In this document: positions 6,378-16,816 of the stretch, piece by piece
How the letters are laid out: each line of letters opens with the position of its first letter
Position numbering within the stretch: the first letter of the stretch is position 1
NCBI GenBank assembly: GCA_047284725.1
Contig: JBJBEO010000001.1
Coordinates: 1,944,203-2,008,202 of the forward strand
Length of the DNA: 64,000 bases
From: Synechococcus sp.
GTDB taxonomy: Bacteria; Cyanobacteriota; Cyanobacteriia; PCC-6307; Cyanobiaceae
Reading direction: 5' to 3'
The notes under the pieces: model-generated
Databases searched by the model: none
What the model saw: the letters and a program-made list of their open reading frames with translations, nothing else
What the model was told of the DNA's origin: nothing
Program-made: the position numbers and the translations under genes

Positions 6378-7351
6378 GTCGTGATAAGCCCTGCAGCCGA
6401 TGCGACAACCAATCGGCACCGGCTACCAAAGAGAGATGGACTGATAGGCCAATGCAGAGCAGGTTGCAGCGTCGAGCCAATCTTCAATGCGTAGAGGAGA
6501 AAAAACATCCCCAGAGGGCCTTCAATCCAATGCGATGTAGCCAAAATCAAGCGAAGCGCGAGTCATTCAATTAGCCGACAGGCCTGTGGTGCGTCGAAAC
6601 TGGCAAATGTGATCCCATGGATCGCTCCAACATTATTTTCTCTGCCTGGCAGCGTCGGACCGCAGATTGAAGCTCTTCCACGACCTTTTCGAGGTGGCGC
6701 AGTCGTTCCTGGGGGGTAGAAAAAGTCATCGCAACTTAGGCTGGTTAGCGACCTTCCATCGCTTTTCAGCTTTGGCATCTATTCATTGAGTCAAGCAGCT
6801 AGACATCAGCGTCACATGAGCTGGCGCCAAGCTTCGACTGAGAGACCTGTTAGCTTGCATGCCAGATTCGCAGCATCCTCTCACCATTTCCGATGTTGCC
6901 AGTGTGCCGTGATCGACAGCACCAGTTGAGCCGATGCACACGCACACCGATTCGTCCCATCGCCCGGGTTGCATCACACTCTGGCCAAGAGCTGAAGATC
7001 TGAACAGACAAACGTCTCGCTTGTCAGCGACCTGACAGACATCAATAGCGAGTCAGTTGACCATCATCCAGACACAACACGGAACGGCCTCCAACAGCGC
7101 AACCAGGCATACGATTCCCTCAGGGTACGTACCCAATACCTCCCTCTCACAGCCATTCGCCTGCTTAAACGGAGTCATTACGCCAAGCTCTTCCTGAGAT
7201 GAAAACAAGGAGGTCGATCAGGCCCAGACAGAGCCTCGGAGACACCGGATCAGGAATCGCGACAACACCGAGATGCCGCGGAGGGAAAGCATCAACGCGC
7301 TTTTGATTCCAACAAATACATGATACCATCAATCAAAATATTCTCCCGCAA

Positions 7352-7834
7352 GTGAAGATTTCCAAGTCTACTTTTTTGGCATCATTCATTGCCGGAGTCA
7401 CCCTTTCAAGCTGCTTTTCTTCTCCCATCACTGACTGGAATACTTCGATCAAAGAGAGATTTTCTGACAAGGCATGGGCATCATCTTTGCAAGAGAAAAC
7501 ACAAAGGCTCCGTGAAACATGGGCGAGAGAAGCCGAGCAGAAGCAAACACAGGATTCAATCAAGTCTCGGCAAATCTCCCTGATCAAGGCTGATCACGAG
7601 AAAGCACTCAAAGCCTGGACTGCGCGCAGGAGATCGACCTGCGAGGCGATTGGCAACAACGATCTGACCTCATTGCCACAGATCATAGGGATGGAAGATG
7701 CTGGCTTTGAACTCAACCAATTGTCATGGGAGAAATGCCTGGAAAGCTACAGCGCCTATCAACCTCAACCTCAGCTAAAGGATTATTTTTATGCCGCTGG
7801 CCGCATCGATCTTTATCAAGATCTCAATCCTTGA
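7352..7834 (+). CDS. Hypothetical lipoprotein
   Basis: 160 aa. Signal peptide with LSSC lipobox, then a charged helical segment. Confidence 0.65.
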   Translation: MKISKSTFLASFIAGVTLSSCFSSPITDWNTSIKERFSDKAWASSLQEKTQRLRETWAREAEQKQTQDSIKSRQISLIKADHEKALKAWTARRRSTCEAIGNNDLTSLPQIIGMEDAGFELNQLSWEKCLESYSAYQPQPQLKDYFYAAGRIDLYQDLNP

Positions 7835-7970
7835 GGTGCATCGCCACCTGTTGGAATCAGTGGCTGTACATTACGGGCAGTCGCGAGGACTGATGATAAT
7901 TTCGATGGCATCGCCGAATCCATCAAGCTTCTCAAGGATCTGCAGCACATTCAGACCGATTATCCAGAAC

Positions 7971-9410
7971 TCACGCCGAGGCTTGACTGAAGAGCAGCGC
8001 CGATTGAGGAGCTAGTTCCGAGGAGAGGGAGGCAGGCACCCCTACCAGCAATGTATCGCTGAGCTCCCCACCGATTGTTTGCCCCCCTGGTACAGAAGCG
8101 CCAAGGTTCAACGAATGCGTGCGGCTGCGATTCAGCACAACGCACAGCCCCGGCCCCTCACCAATCAGGCCATCCCTCCCCAGGCCCTGCCAGCGGAGGC
8201 CACGTTGCCTTAGCTCAGGCAGGCGGCTCCGCAAGGCCAACAGAGCACGAATGGTTCCGTGGAGTGAATCTGGCCAGGGTTCCTCCCAGGGCATCGCTTC
8301 TCGGCAACCAGGTTCTGCCCCACCCTGCAGACCCGCCTCAGTGCCGTAGTAAAGACATGGGGCCCCCAGTTGAAAGACCAACAACACCAGGGCCAGGGAA
8401 AGGGCTTTGGTGTCGCCTTGGAGAGTATGCAAGGCCCTGGGGACGTCGTGACTATCAAGCAGATTGAGCTGAGCGCGATTGACCTCAAGGCGGCCGCTGT
8501 TCATGCAGTCCTGCCAGATCGACAACAGGGCTTCGGTGTCCAGGGGCTGCAAGGGATAGAGAGGATTGGAATAGGTCCGGTCCAGCCGTCCGGCGGCAGC
8601 CCAGCAGAGACAGCTCCAACCCAGGCGGTAATTCATCACCCCATCAAATTGATCTCCGGCCAACCAGGCCCGGGCATCCCCCCAGATCTCCCCAACAATC
8701 CAAGCCTCAGGGTTCAAGGCCCGCGCCATCCGTCGGAAAGCGATCCAAAACGACGACGGCACTTCATCGGGCACATCCAGTCGCCAACCATCAATGCCCC
8801 GCTCCAACCAATGACGTCCCACCTCGAGCAGGTAGTCCTGCACCGGGGGGTGAAGATGGTTGAACTTCGGCAAGGCTGGATCATTCCACCAGCAGCTGTA
8901 TCCACAGGTCTCCCCCTCGGAGGGATAGGCCCGCAGCGGCCAGGCATGCACATGGAACCAATGGCGGTAGGGCGATCGCTCTCCGTTCTCAACCAGGTGA
9001 TGAAACGCCCAGAAGCCGCGGCCACAGTGGTTGAACACCCCATCCAGGATCAAACGCATCCTGCGGCGATGCACCTCCGTCAGGAGGGCATCAAACGCCG
9101 CATCACCACCGAGCAGGGGATCCACCTGCAGATAGTCGTAGGCGTGATAACGATGGTTGGCCGCTGAGCTGAAGATCGGTGTGAGGTAGAGGCAACTCAC
9201 CCCGAGGTCCTGCAGATAATCCAGGGCATTGCACACCCCCCACAAGTCGCCTCCTTGAAAGCCCTGAAGAGAGGGCTCACTCCCCCAGGGCATCCAGACA
9301 AGTCGATGAGGCGATCGGTCACCTCGGCGAAACCGATCCGGAAAGATCTGATACACCGCGGCATCGGCCACCCAGGCTGGCGGCAGGGCGAAATCATCTC
9401 TCAAGACCAA
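7971..9410 (-). CDS. GH13 neopullulanase/cyclomaltodextrinase-like glycosidase
   Basis: YQIFPDRF, DGVFNH, GWRLDVPDEV, IVGEIW, LLDSHD and YYGTE motifs. Start is approximate (TTG at 9404 or 9410). Confidence 0.9.
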   Translation of the reverse strand: MVLRDDFALPPAWVADAAVYQIFPDRFRRGDRSPHRLVWMPWGSEPSLQGFQGGDLWGVCNALDYLQDLGVSCLYLTPIFSSAANHRYHAYDYLQVDPLLGGDAAFDALLTEVHRRRMRLILDGVFNHCGRGFWAFHHLVENGERSPYRHWFHVHAWPLRAYPSEGETCGYSCWWNDPALPKFNHLHPPVQDYLLEVGRHWLERGIDGWRLDVPDEVPSSFWIAFRRMARALNPEAWIVGEIWGDARAWLAGDQFDGVMNYRLGWSCLCWAAAGRLDRTYSNPLYPLQPLDTEALLSIWQDCMNSGRLEVNRAQLNLLDSHDVPRALHTLQGDTKALSLALVLLVFQLGAPCLYYGTEAGLQGGAEPGCREAMPWEEPWPDSLHGTIRALLALRSRLPELRQRGLRWQGLGRDGLIGEGPGLCVVLNRSRTHSLNLGASVPGGQTIGGELSDTLLVGVPASLSSELAPQSALLFSQASA

Positions 9411-9463
9411 AGTCCTTTGCAGGAGCCGCTCTCCACGGCTAGCAATTGAAAAACGACTCGGCC

Positions 9464-10981
9464 ATGGCAGTGACGCCTCTTCTCCTGGCCCTCGATCAGG
9501 GCACCAGCAGTTCAAGGGCCGTGGTGTTTGACCCCCGCGGCAAGCTGATCGCCAGCGCCTCGGCACCTTTAGAGATTCTCTACCCAGCCGATGGTTGGGT
9601 AGAGCAGGACCCCATGGCGATCTGGAGGAGCCAATGCCAGGCGATGGCCTCCCTCGAAACCAAGCTCACGGCGGAGCAGCGTCAGGCCGTGGCCTGCTGT
9701 GGCATCACCAACCAGCGTGAAACAACCGTGCTGTGGCAACGCAGCGATGGCACTCCCTGTGGACCCGCCCTGGTTTGGCAAGATGGACGCACAGCCGATC
9801 TTTGCGATCACTGGAAAAACCAGGGCCTGGAAGCCGACTGGCGACAACGCACCGGCCTGCTGCTCGACCCCTACTTCAGCGCCAGCAAAATCCATTGGTT
9901 GCTCCAGCACGAAGACGCCGCCCGAGCAGCGGCAGACCGCCACGATCTCTGTTTCGGCACAGTGGAAAGCTGGTTGCTCTGGCAGCTCAGTGGCGGGAAG
10001 CAGCACAGCTCCGACATGAGCAATGCCAGCCGCACCTTGCTGATGGACCTGGAGCTCCGGCAATGGGTCGACGATTTCTGCCAGGAGGTGGGGCTGCCCG
10101 CGTCTGCCCTGCCGGAGCTGATGCCGTGTCGAGGCGACTTTGGAGTAATTCATGCGGGGCTGCCCTTTGCGGGGGTGCCGATCCGAGCCCTGCTGGGTGA
10201 CCAACAGGCCGCCACCCTGGGTCAGCTCTGCCTGGATCCCGGTGACGCCAAATGCACCTATGGAACTGGTGCCTTCCTCGTCGTGAACACCGGTTCAGAG
10301 ATGCGCCGCTCCGATTCCGGTCTGCTCACCACGTTGGGCTGGACTGACGCCGACGGCGCCCCCACCTACTGCCTCGAAGGCAGTTTGTTCAACGCCGGCA
10401 CCGTGGTGCAGTGGCTGCGTGACGGCCTGGGACTGATCGACAGTGCAGCCGAGATCAACGACTTGGCCACGAGCGTGGAGTCGTCCGCAGGCGTGATGCT
10501 GGTGCCAGCCTTCACTGGGTGGGGGACACCCCACTGGGATCCGAGTGCGCGCGGATTGATCATCGGCCTCACCCGTGACAGCGGTCGCGGCCAGATCGCC
10601 CGGGCCGCCCTGGACGGCATCGCCCTTTCGGTCGCCAACCTGGTGCAGCTGGCGGAGGCAGCACTGGGGCATGGCCTGGGGGAGCTGGCGGCCGATGGCG
10701 GTGCGGCCGCGTCGGATCCCCTGCTGCAAGCCCAAGCCGACAGCACAGGCCTGCCGGTCAGGCGCCCCGCCAGCCTGGAAAGCACCGCCAGAGGGGTGGC
10801 CTTGCTGGCCGGCGTTGAAGCTGGGCTGATCGGTGATCTACTGGACCTGATCCCAACCCGGCTGGATGGGGCCCAGCGATTCACACCCAAGCTGGACGCG
10901 GAGCAACGGCACCGCTGGTGCCAGCGCTGGGATGACGCCGTCCTTCGCAGCCTGCACTGGAGCGAGAGAGGCCAGGCATGA
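9464..10981 (+). CDS. glpK: Glycerol kinase
   Basis: LALDQGTSSSRA, GWVEQDP, ITNQRETT, DPYFSASK, GDQQAA and KCTYGTG motifs. Confidence 0.93.
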   Translation: MAVTPLLLALDQGTSSSRAVVFDPRGKLIASASAPLEILYPADGWVEQDPMAIWRSQCQAMASLETKLTAEQRQAVACCGITNQRETTVLWQRSDGTPCGPALVWQDGRTADLCDHWKNQGLEADWRQRTGLLLDPYFSASKIHWLLQHEDAARAAADRHDLCFGTVESWLLWQLSGGKQHSSDMSNASRTLLMDLELRQWVDDFCQEVGLPASALPELMPCRGDFGVIHAGLPFAGVPIRALLGDQQAATLGQLCLDPGDAKCTYGTGAFLVVNTGSEMRRSDSGLLTTLGWTDADGAPTYCLEGSLFNAGTVVQWLRDGLGLIDSAAEINDLATSVESSAGVMLVPAFTGWGTPHWDPSARGLIIGLTRDSGRGQIARAALDGIALSVANLVQLAEAALGHGLGELAADGGAAASDPLLQAQADSTGLPVRRPASLESTARGVALLAGVEAGLIGDLLDLIPTRLDGAQRFTPKLDAEQRHRWCQRWDDAVLRSLHWSERGQA

Positions 10982-12546
10982 ACCAGACCTTCGACCTTCT
11001 GGTGATCGGTGGCGGTGCCAGTGGCGTCAGCGTGACCTATGAGGCGGTGCGTCGTGGCCTCAAGGTGGCGCTGCTGGAAGCCACCGACCTGGGCGCCGCC
11101 ACCAGCTGCCGCAGTACCAAGTTGCTGCATGGCGGCGTGCGGTATTTGGAGCTGGCATTCAAAACCGCTGATCCCGCCCAGCTGCGCCTGGTGCGTGAAG
11201 CGTTGATGGAGAGGGGCCATTGGCTGCAGCAGGCGCCTTTTCTGGCGCATCGCCTGGAATTGGCTTTACCCACCACCAACCTTTTAAGCCAGACTTACTA
11301 CCGCATCGGTCTCGGGCTCTACGACGCCCTTGCCGGGCGCAAAGGAATTGGTTCCAGCCGTTGGCTGTCACAACAGCAACTGTGTGATGCACTGCCACAA
11401 CTGAAGCCAGGTCTCAATGGGGGCGTGGCCTACAGCGATGGGCAGTTCGATGACGCCCGCCTCAATCTGCTCCTGGCCCTCACCGCCGAACACGCCGGAG
11501 CACAGATCCAGACTGCCTGCCGCGTGACCCAACTCGAGCTTGATGCACAAGGGCGGATCTGTGGAGCCATCAGCCTCAGAGCCGATGGCCGCGAAGACCG
11601 TTGGCAGGCCCGGGTGGTGGTGAACGCCACCGGGATTCAGGCCGATGCCCTGCGACATCTGGCGGACCCCTCGCTACCGGAGCGGATGCTCACGAGCCGA
11701 GGGACCCATCTGGTGCTCAAAGCCAATCTCTGCCCGCAGGGAATGGGCTTGTTGCTCCCCGCGACCGATGACGGAAGGGTGCTGTTCATGCTGCCGTTCT
11801 ACGGACGCACGCTTGTGGGGACCACCGACACGGCCTGCCCCCTGGCTGCAGCCGCTACCCCCTCCCCCGAGGAAGAGAACTACCTGATCGATTACGTGCG
11901 GCGCTGGTTCCCCCAGCTCAACGACCAGAGCATCAGCAGCAGCTGGGCCGGAGGGCGCCCCCTGCTCAGGCCTGCCGGTGCAGAGCTCAGCAGCAGCCGA
12001 GTGGTGAGAGAGCACGAGGTGGAAACCCTGCCCTGCGGTCTGGTGAGCGTGATGGGCGGGAAATGGACCACTTGCCGGCCGATGGCCCTCGACACCCTGG
12101 AGGCGGTGGAGGCTCAGCTCGACCGCCCCCTTCCACCCCCAAAGCCCTTGCCTTTGCTCGGGGCCGCGGCCGACCCTGCACAGACACCCACCCGGCTGGC
12201 TCACCAACGCACCGACCTCGAGGCTCTGTTACCCGACACCCCTTGGCGCACTGCGCAGAGGAACCACCTGGAGAGCAGCTTTGGCCTCAGGGCAGCAGCG
12301 GTGGTGAACCAGTGGGCTCCTGCCGATCGACAACCCCTTAGCGACGTGATCCCTTTGTGCCGCGGCGAGCTTGCCCACGCCATTCACGCCGAACATGCCC
12401 GCAGCGTCACAGCGGTGTTAGCGCGCCGCTCCCGCCTAGCCATGGTCGATCTGAAGGCCGCTGAAGAGCTGGTTCCGGTGGTGAATGAACTGCTTGACCA
12501 ACACCCTGAGGGGAGCGGTGGGCAAAGCCTCAACCTGGCCCAATAA
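10978..12546 (+). CDS. glpD: FAD-dependent glycerol-3-phosphate dehydrogenase
   Basis: IGGGASG, STKLLHGGVRYLE, DGQFDDARL and GGKWTT motifs. ATGA overlap with glpK. Confidence 0.93.
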   Translation: MNQTFDLLVIGGGASGVSVTYEAVRRGLKVALLEATDLGAATSCRSTKLLHGGVRYLELAFKTADPAQLRLVREALMERGHWLQQAPFLAHRLELALPTTNLLSQTYYRIGLGLYDALAGRKGIGSSRWLSQQQLCDALPQLKPGLNGGVAYSDGQFDDARLNLLLALTAEHAGAQIQTACRVTQLELDAQGRICGAISLRADGREDRWQARVVVNATGIQADALRHLADPSLPERMLTSRGTHLVLKANLCPQGMGLLLPATDDGRVLFMLPFYGRTLVGTTDTACPLAAAATPSPEEENYLIDYVRRWFPQLNDQSISSSWAGGRPLLRPAGAELSSSRVVREHEVETLPCGLVSVMGGKWTTCRPMALDTLEAVEAQLDRPLPPPKPLPLLGAAADPAQTPTRLAHQRTDLEALLPDTPWRTAQRNHLESSFGLRAAAVVNQWAPADRQPLSDVIPLCRGELAHAIHAEHARSVTAVLARRSRLAMVDLKAAEELVPVVNELLDQHPEGSGGQSLNLAQ

Positions 12547-14209
12547 CAGGGCGCTCTTCCTGGAAAGCCTCCTCATCCACTTCACCGATCAGCCACCAGC
12601 TGAAGCCATGGGCTGGCAGGTAGACAAACCAATCACGATCCGCCTCGGGGAATTCACTCCCCCAGAGCACTTCACGGGTCCGCTGCCCCTGCCATCGGCT
12701 GAGATCAAGACGTAGGGAAGCCCCCGCAGCCGAGAGATTCGCTGCCACCAACACCGTCATCGACTCACTGGTACGCACGTAGACGATCACAGCCGGGTGG
12801 CTGCAGGGCAGCAACGCAAAGTCGCCATAGCGGAGGGCCGGCAGCAGACGACGGCAGGTGAGCATGCGCCGATGCCAGTTGAGCAAGGAGCCCTGCAGTT
12901 GCTTCTGCACCTCCACGTTGACGACCCGGTAGTCGTACCCAGGAGCGGTGATGGCAGGCAGCACGAGCAAAGGATCCGGGGCTGTGGAGAAGCCACCGTT
13001 GCGCGCCGGCGTCCAGGCCATTGGGGTGCGGTTGGGGTCCCGATCGCGCAAGCCCGGCCAATCGCCCATCCCCAGCTCATCGCCGTAATAGAGACAAGGC
13101 ATACCGGGCAGGCTGTAGATCAGGGCATGGAGCACCCGATTGGAGCCGGGGTCGCCATTCAGCAACGGGGCCAGGCGTCGATTAATCCCCCAATTGAGCC
13201 AATGTCCCTGACCTTGATGCAAACCCGTGCGAATCGTCTGCACCACCTCATCGCTCACAAGATGGCCGTCCCCCAGCCAGAGTTCGTCGTGGTTGCGCAA
13301 TGGCAACGCCCAACGACAGCCATGCACCGCCGCCTGCGCCTCGCCCAGACACAACCGCAACGCCTCCGTACGACCACTGGCAATGGCAGAGAACAGATGA
13401 GCTGTCAGAGCGAAATTGAAGGCGCCATGCAGTTCATCGTCATCGAGATAAGGGGCAGCCTCGTCCACAGGCTGAATGGCCTCAGCGAGCAACAGGACGT
13501 CGCGATCGTGAGACTCCACCCGCGCCCGCAGCCGCTTCAGGAAGGCATGGGTGGCCGGTAGCCCCTCACAACGGGAGTTCTCCTCTTCAAAGAGGAAGGG
13601 AATGGCATCGAGCCGAAACCCATCCACCCCGCGGTCGATCCAGAAATCAACCACCTCCAGCATGGCCTCCTGTACCAGAGGGTTCTCGTAATTCAGATCA
13701 GGCTGATGCCTGAGAAAACGATGCAGGTAGTACTGCTGAGCGACCTCATCCCATTCCCAGTTGGACGATTCGAAATGGCGGAATAACACCGGCGCCTCGG
13801 CGTAGCGATCGGGGTCATCACTCCAGACATAGACATCCCGTTCAGGACTGTGCTTCGGAGCCCAGCGGGCCCGCTGGAACCAGGGATGCAATGTGCTGGT
13901 GTGATTGAGCACCAGGTCAAGCACCACCTTGAGGCCATGGTTGTGGGCTGTCGTGAGAAAACGATGGAAGGCAGAGAGGTCGCCAAGATCGGGATGGATC
14001 GCTTTGAAATCGGTGATGTCATATCCCCCGTCCTGCAGCGGTGAGGGATAGATGGGAGTCAACCAAATCGCATCCACGCCAAGCCAACGCAGGTAAGGCA
14101 AGCGGCTGGCCAGACCTTGCAGGTCACCAATGCCATCGCCATTGCCATCGGCATAACTGCGCATGATCAGTTCGTAGATCACAGCGCCGTTCCACCAGGC
14201 CTGCTGCAT
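12530..14209 (-). CDS. treS: Trehalose synthase (maltose alpha-D-glucosyltransferase), GH13
   Basis: DGNGDGIGD, DGGYDI, DLVLNHTS, QPDLN, GFRLDAIP, LRNHDEL and GINRRLAPLL motifs. Confidence 0.85.
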   Translation of the reverse strand: MQQAWWNGAVIYELIMRSYADGNGDGIGDLQGLASRLPYLRWLGVDAIWLTPIYPSPLQDGGYDITDFKAIHPDLGDLSAFHRFLTTAHNHGLKVVLDLVLNHTSTLHPWFQRARWAPKHSPERDVYVWSDDPDRYAEAPVLFRHFESSNWEWDEVAQQYYLHRFLRHQPDLNYENPLVQEAMLEVVDFWIDRGVDGFRLDAIPFLFEEENSRCEGLPATHAFLKRLRARVESHDRDVLLLAEAIQPVDEAAPYLDDDELHGAFNFALTAHLFSAIASGRTEALRLCLGEAQAAVHGCRWALPLRNHDELWLGDGHLVSDEVVQTIRTGLHQGQGHWLNWGINRRLAPLLNGDPGSNRVLHALIYSLPGMPCLYYGDELGMGDWPGLRDRDPNRTPMAWTPARNGGFSTAPDPLLVLPAITAPGYDYRVVNVEVQKQLQGSLLNWHRRMLTCRRLLPALRYGDFALLPCSHPAVIVYVRTSESMTVLVAANLSAAGASLRLDLSRWQGQRTREVLWGSEFPEADRDWFVYLPAHGFSWWLIGEVDEEAFQEERPVIGPG

Positions 14210-14321
14210 GCCGTTCTGCGTGAGCCAATCCCATAGCTAGGCCTGGACGGGAACGACGTCATCCCCCCACGGATCTGAGTTGCCAGGATGAGTTCCCGTT
14301 AGGGACTAGCCCTACGCACCC

Positions 14322-15725
14322 ATGACGTTCGCTCCAACGACCGCGGGTCACAACCTTCCGGATGTAGCGGCCTTACGCGCCCGAGTGGAGCGGGGAGAAA
14401 CGCGGAGCGAACACTGGCGGCGGGATCAGCTGCGCGCCCTACGTCATCTGCTGGAGAGGCACGAAGACGACATTCTCGAGGCCATTCATGCAGACCTCGG
14501 CAAGCCCATCACTGAGTGCATGATGGAAATCCTGGCTCTGCGTCAGGAACTGAACCTCTGCGAGCGACACCTGCGCCGCTGGATGCGCCCCAGGAGCGTG
14601 AGGGTTCCACTGCCCCTGAGGCCAGGGCGCGCAGAGATCATTCCTTCCCCTCTGGGCTGCGTGCTGGTCATCGGTCCCTGGAACTATCCCTTCCTGCTGA
14701 CTCTCCATCCACTCATCAGCGCGCTAGCCGCCGGCAACACCGCCGTCGTTAAACCTTCAGAACACACCGCAGCCACTGCAGCTCTGATCGAAAGACTGCT
14801 GGGGGAAGCCTTTTCGAAAGACGTGGTGCAAGTGGTGCAAGGGGATGGCGACACCGCTGCGGCCCTGGTGGACCAGGGATACGACCATATTTTTTTCACT
14901 GGCGGCGGCAGCATCGGCCGCAGGGTGTTGGCGAGTGCTGCGCGCCATCTCACGCCGGTCACCCTCGAACTGGGAGGCAAGAGTCCTGCGGTGGTGCTGT
15001 CGGGGGCTGATCTCACCATCACCGCCCGCCGCCTGATCTGGGGCAAAGGCGTGAATGCGGGTCAGACCTGCATCGCTCCGGACCATCTCATCGTGGAAGA
15101 GAGGCTGAAGGAACCGCTGCTGGCAGCCCTGGCCGATGCCCGGTCGGACCTCTACGGCAGCACCCCTCTGGAGTCGAAAGATCTCGGCACAATCATCAAC
15201 AGTCGTCAGTTCCAACGACTCGAGGAACTGCTCACGACGGCCCGGGCCAAGGGGCAGGTCCTGATCGGAGGCGAAAGCGACGCAGCCAACCGACGGATTG
15301 CCCCCACCGTTCTTTCGGTGACGAACGCCATCGACGACCCGCTGATGGGCGATGAGCTGTTCGGTCCGCTCCTGCCCTTGATCAGCGTGCGCAATCTCAA
15401 TGCAGCCATCCAGCAGATCCGCAGTCAGCCCAAACCCCTAGCCCTCTATCTGTTCGGCGGTGACGCACAACAGCAACAACAGCTGCTGGAGGAGACCAGT
15501 TCAGGAGGAGTGTGCTTCAACGACGTGATGATGCACCATGCCATCCCCGATCTGCCCTTCGGGGGCGTGGGGGCGAGCGGCATGGGGAACTATCACGGAG
15601 AAGCCGGTTTCCGCACCTTTTCGTATGAACGCTCCGTCCTGCGCCGTCCGTTTGCCTTGGATCTGCGTCTGCGCTACCCCCCTTATCGCGTGAACCGCGC
15701 ATTGATGCGACGCCTGCTTGGCTGA
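14322..15725 (+). CDS. Aldehyde dehydrogenase (class 3-like)
   Basis: IGPWNYP, KPSE, FTGG, LELGGKSP, NAGQTCIAPD and ELFGP motifs. Confidence 0.93.
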   Translation: MTFAPTTAGHNLPDVAALRARVERGETRSEHWRRDQLRALRHLLERHEDDILEAIHADLGKPITECMMEILALRQELNLCERHLRRWMRPRSVRVPLPLRPGRAEIIPSPLGCVLVIGPWNYPFLLTLHPLISALAAGNTAVVKPSEHTAATAALIERLLGEAFSKDVVQVVQGDGDTAAALVDQGYDHIFFTGGGSIGRRVLASAARHLTPVTLELGGKSPAVVLSGADLTITARRLIWGKGVNAGQTCIAPDHLIVEERLKEPLLAALADARSDLYGSTPLESKDLGTIINSRQFQRLEELLTTARAKGQVLIGGESDAANRRIAPTVLSVTNAIDDPLMGDELFGPLLPLISVRNLNAAIQQIRSQPKPLALYLFGGDAQQQQQLLEETSSGGVCFNDVMMHHAIPDLPFGGVGASGMGNYHGEAGFRTFSYERSVLRRPFALDLRLRYPPYRVNRALMRRLLG

Positions 15726-15781
15726 ACAGGACTGGCGCCTGTGCGGAATCACCTTATGGTTCGCCCAGAGGAAAACCAACG

Positions 15782-16801
15782 ATGCGCCGAGCCCTGTTTG
15801 CTGCCCTGGCCATGACGGTCCTGATGCCGCTTCAGGCCGTTAGCGCAACGGTGACCGTCCGAGCGGGCGACACCCTGTCGGAGATCGCCGATCGCCACGG
15901 CATCTCTGTTGGTACGTTGATGCGGCTCAACGGATTGAGGGATTCCAACCATGTGGAGATTGGCCAGCAGCTGCGGCTGCCAGGCCCGGCAGTCACCGCG
16001 GGGAGAGGACTCCACACCGTGGTGAGCGGCGACAGCCTGAGCACGATTGCCAGTCGCTATCGCGTCAGCCAGCAAGCACTGATCAGTCTCAACAACCTCG
16101 GGAATGCTGACCATGTGGAAGTCGGCCAGCGACTGCGCTTGCCCAACAACGCCGTGCTGCCACAACCCCGAGCAGCCACACCCAAACCCAAGCCTGTGCC
16201 TGTGAAGGCCGACCCCAACGCCACCAGCCACACTGTGGCCCGGGGCCAGACCCTGACCCAGATCGCCAAGGCCTACAACATGTCGGTGCGTTCCTTGGTC
16301 GACATCAACGACATTGGCAATCCAAATGCCGTTGATGTGGGCACAAAACTGCTCCTGCGCCAAACCCCCCAGACCAGCAACGCACCCCTCCAGACTCAGT
16401 CGGTCCAGGAAACCGGACCCACGATCAAGCCCACAGCCAGCGACGAGACCTCCACACCTTTGCTCAGCAGCACAGGATCCGGGGCTGAGGAGCCTGAATC
16501 CACCGTGATGGCATCCAGCACCACTGCAAAAGCCTCCGCCAACCCAGCGGCATCAGCGGCGCCTCAAGAGGTCGACTGGCGAAGCTATGGCCCATTAAAA
16601 GTTGATTGGGGTAACTGGCAAACCATGGCTGGCAGCGAAGTGGTCCCCACCCTCAACGGTCAAGGTCAGCCCCTCTATGTCGCCGTGAATTGCGATGCCC
16701 AGAAAATCAATGTGACCGGGGCCAACGGAGCCTGGAAATCCTGGACTTCACCGCAGAAAGACTATGAGCAGGATCTTGTGAAAGATCGCTGCAGCACGTG
16801 A
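15782..16801 (+). CDS. LysM-repeat peptidoglycan-binding protein
   Basis: Signal peptide plus three LysM repeats (VRAGDTLSEIA, VVSGDSLSTIA, VARGQTLTQIA). Confidence 0.9.
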   Translation: MRRALFAALAMTVLMPLQAVSATVTVRAGDTLSEIADRHGISVGTLMRLNGLRDSNHVEIGQQLRLPGPAVTAGRGLHTVVSGDSLSTIASRYRVSQQALISLNNLGNADHVEVGQRLRLPNNAVLPQPRAATPKPKPVPVKADPNATSHTVARGQTLTQIAKAYNMSVRSLVDINDIGNPNAVDVGTKLLLRQTPQTSNAPLQTQSVQETGPTIKPTASDETSTPLLSSTGSGAEEPESTVMASSTTAKASANPAASAAPQEVDWRSYGPLKVDWGNWQTMAGSEVVPTLNGQGQPLYVAVNCDAQKINVTGANGAWKSWTSPQKDYEQDLVKDRCST

Positions 16802-16816
16802 AGCCTGCTGCAGCGA

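Noticed and set aside
7840..7858. Inverted partial match to the tRNA-Arg 3' end (reverse complement gattccaacaggtggcgat versus gaatccaacagggggcgtt) near the island's distal edge
   Set aside because: Only 16/19 and in the wrong orientation for an attR. It is plausibly chance.
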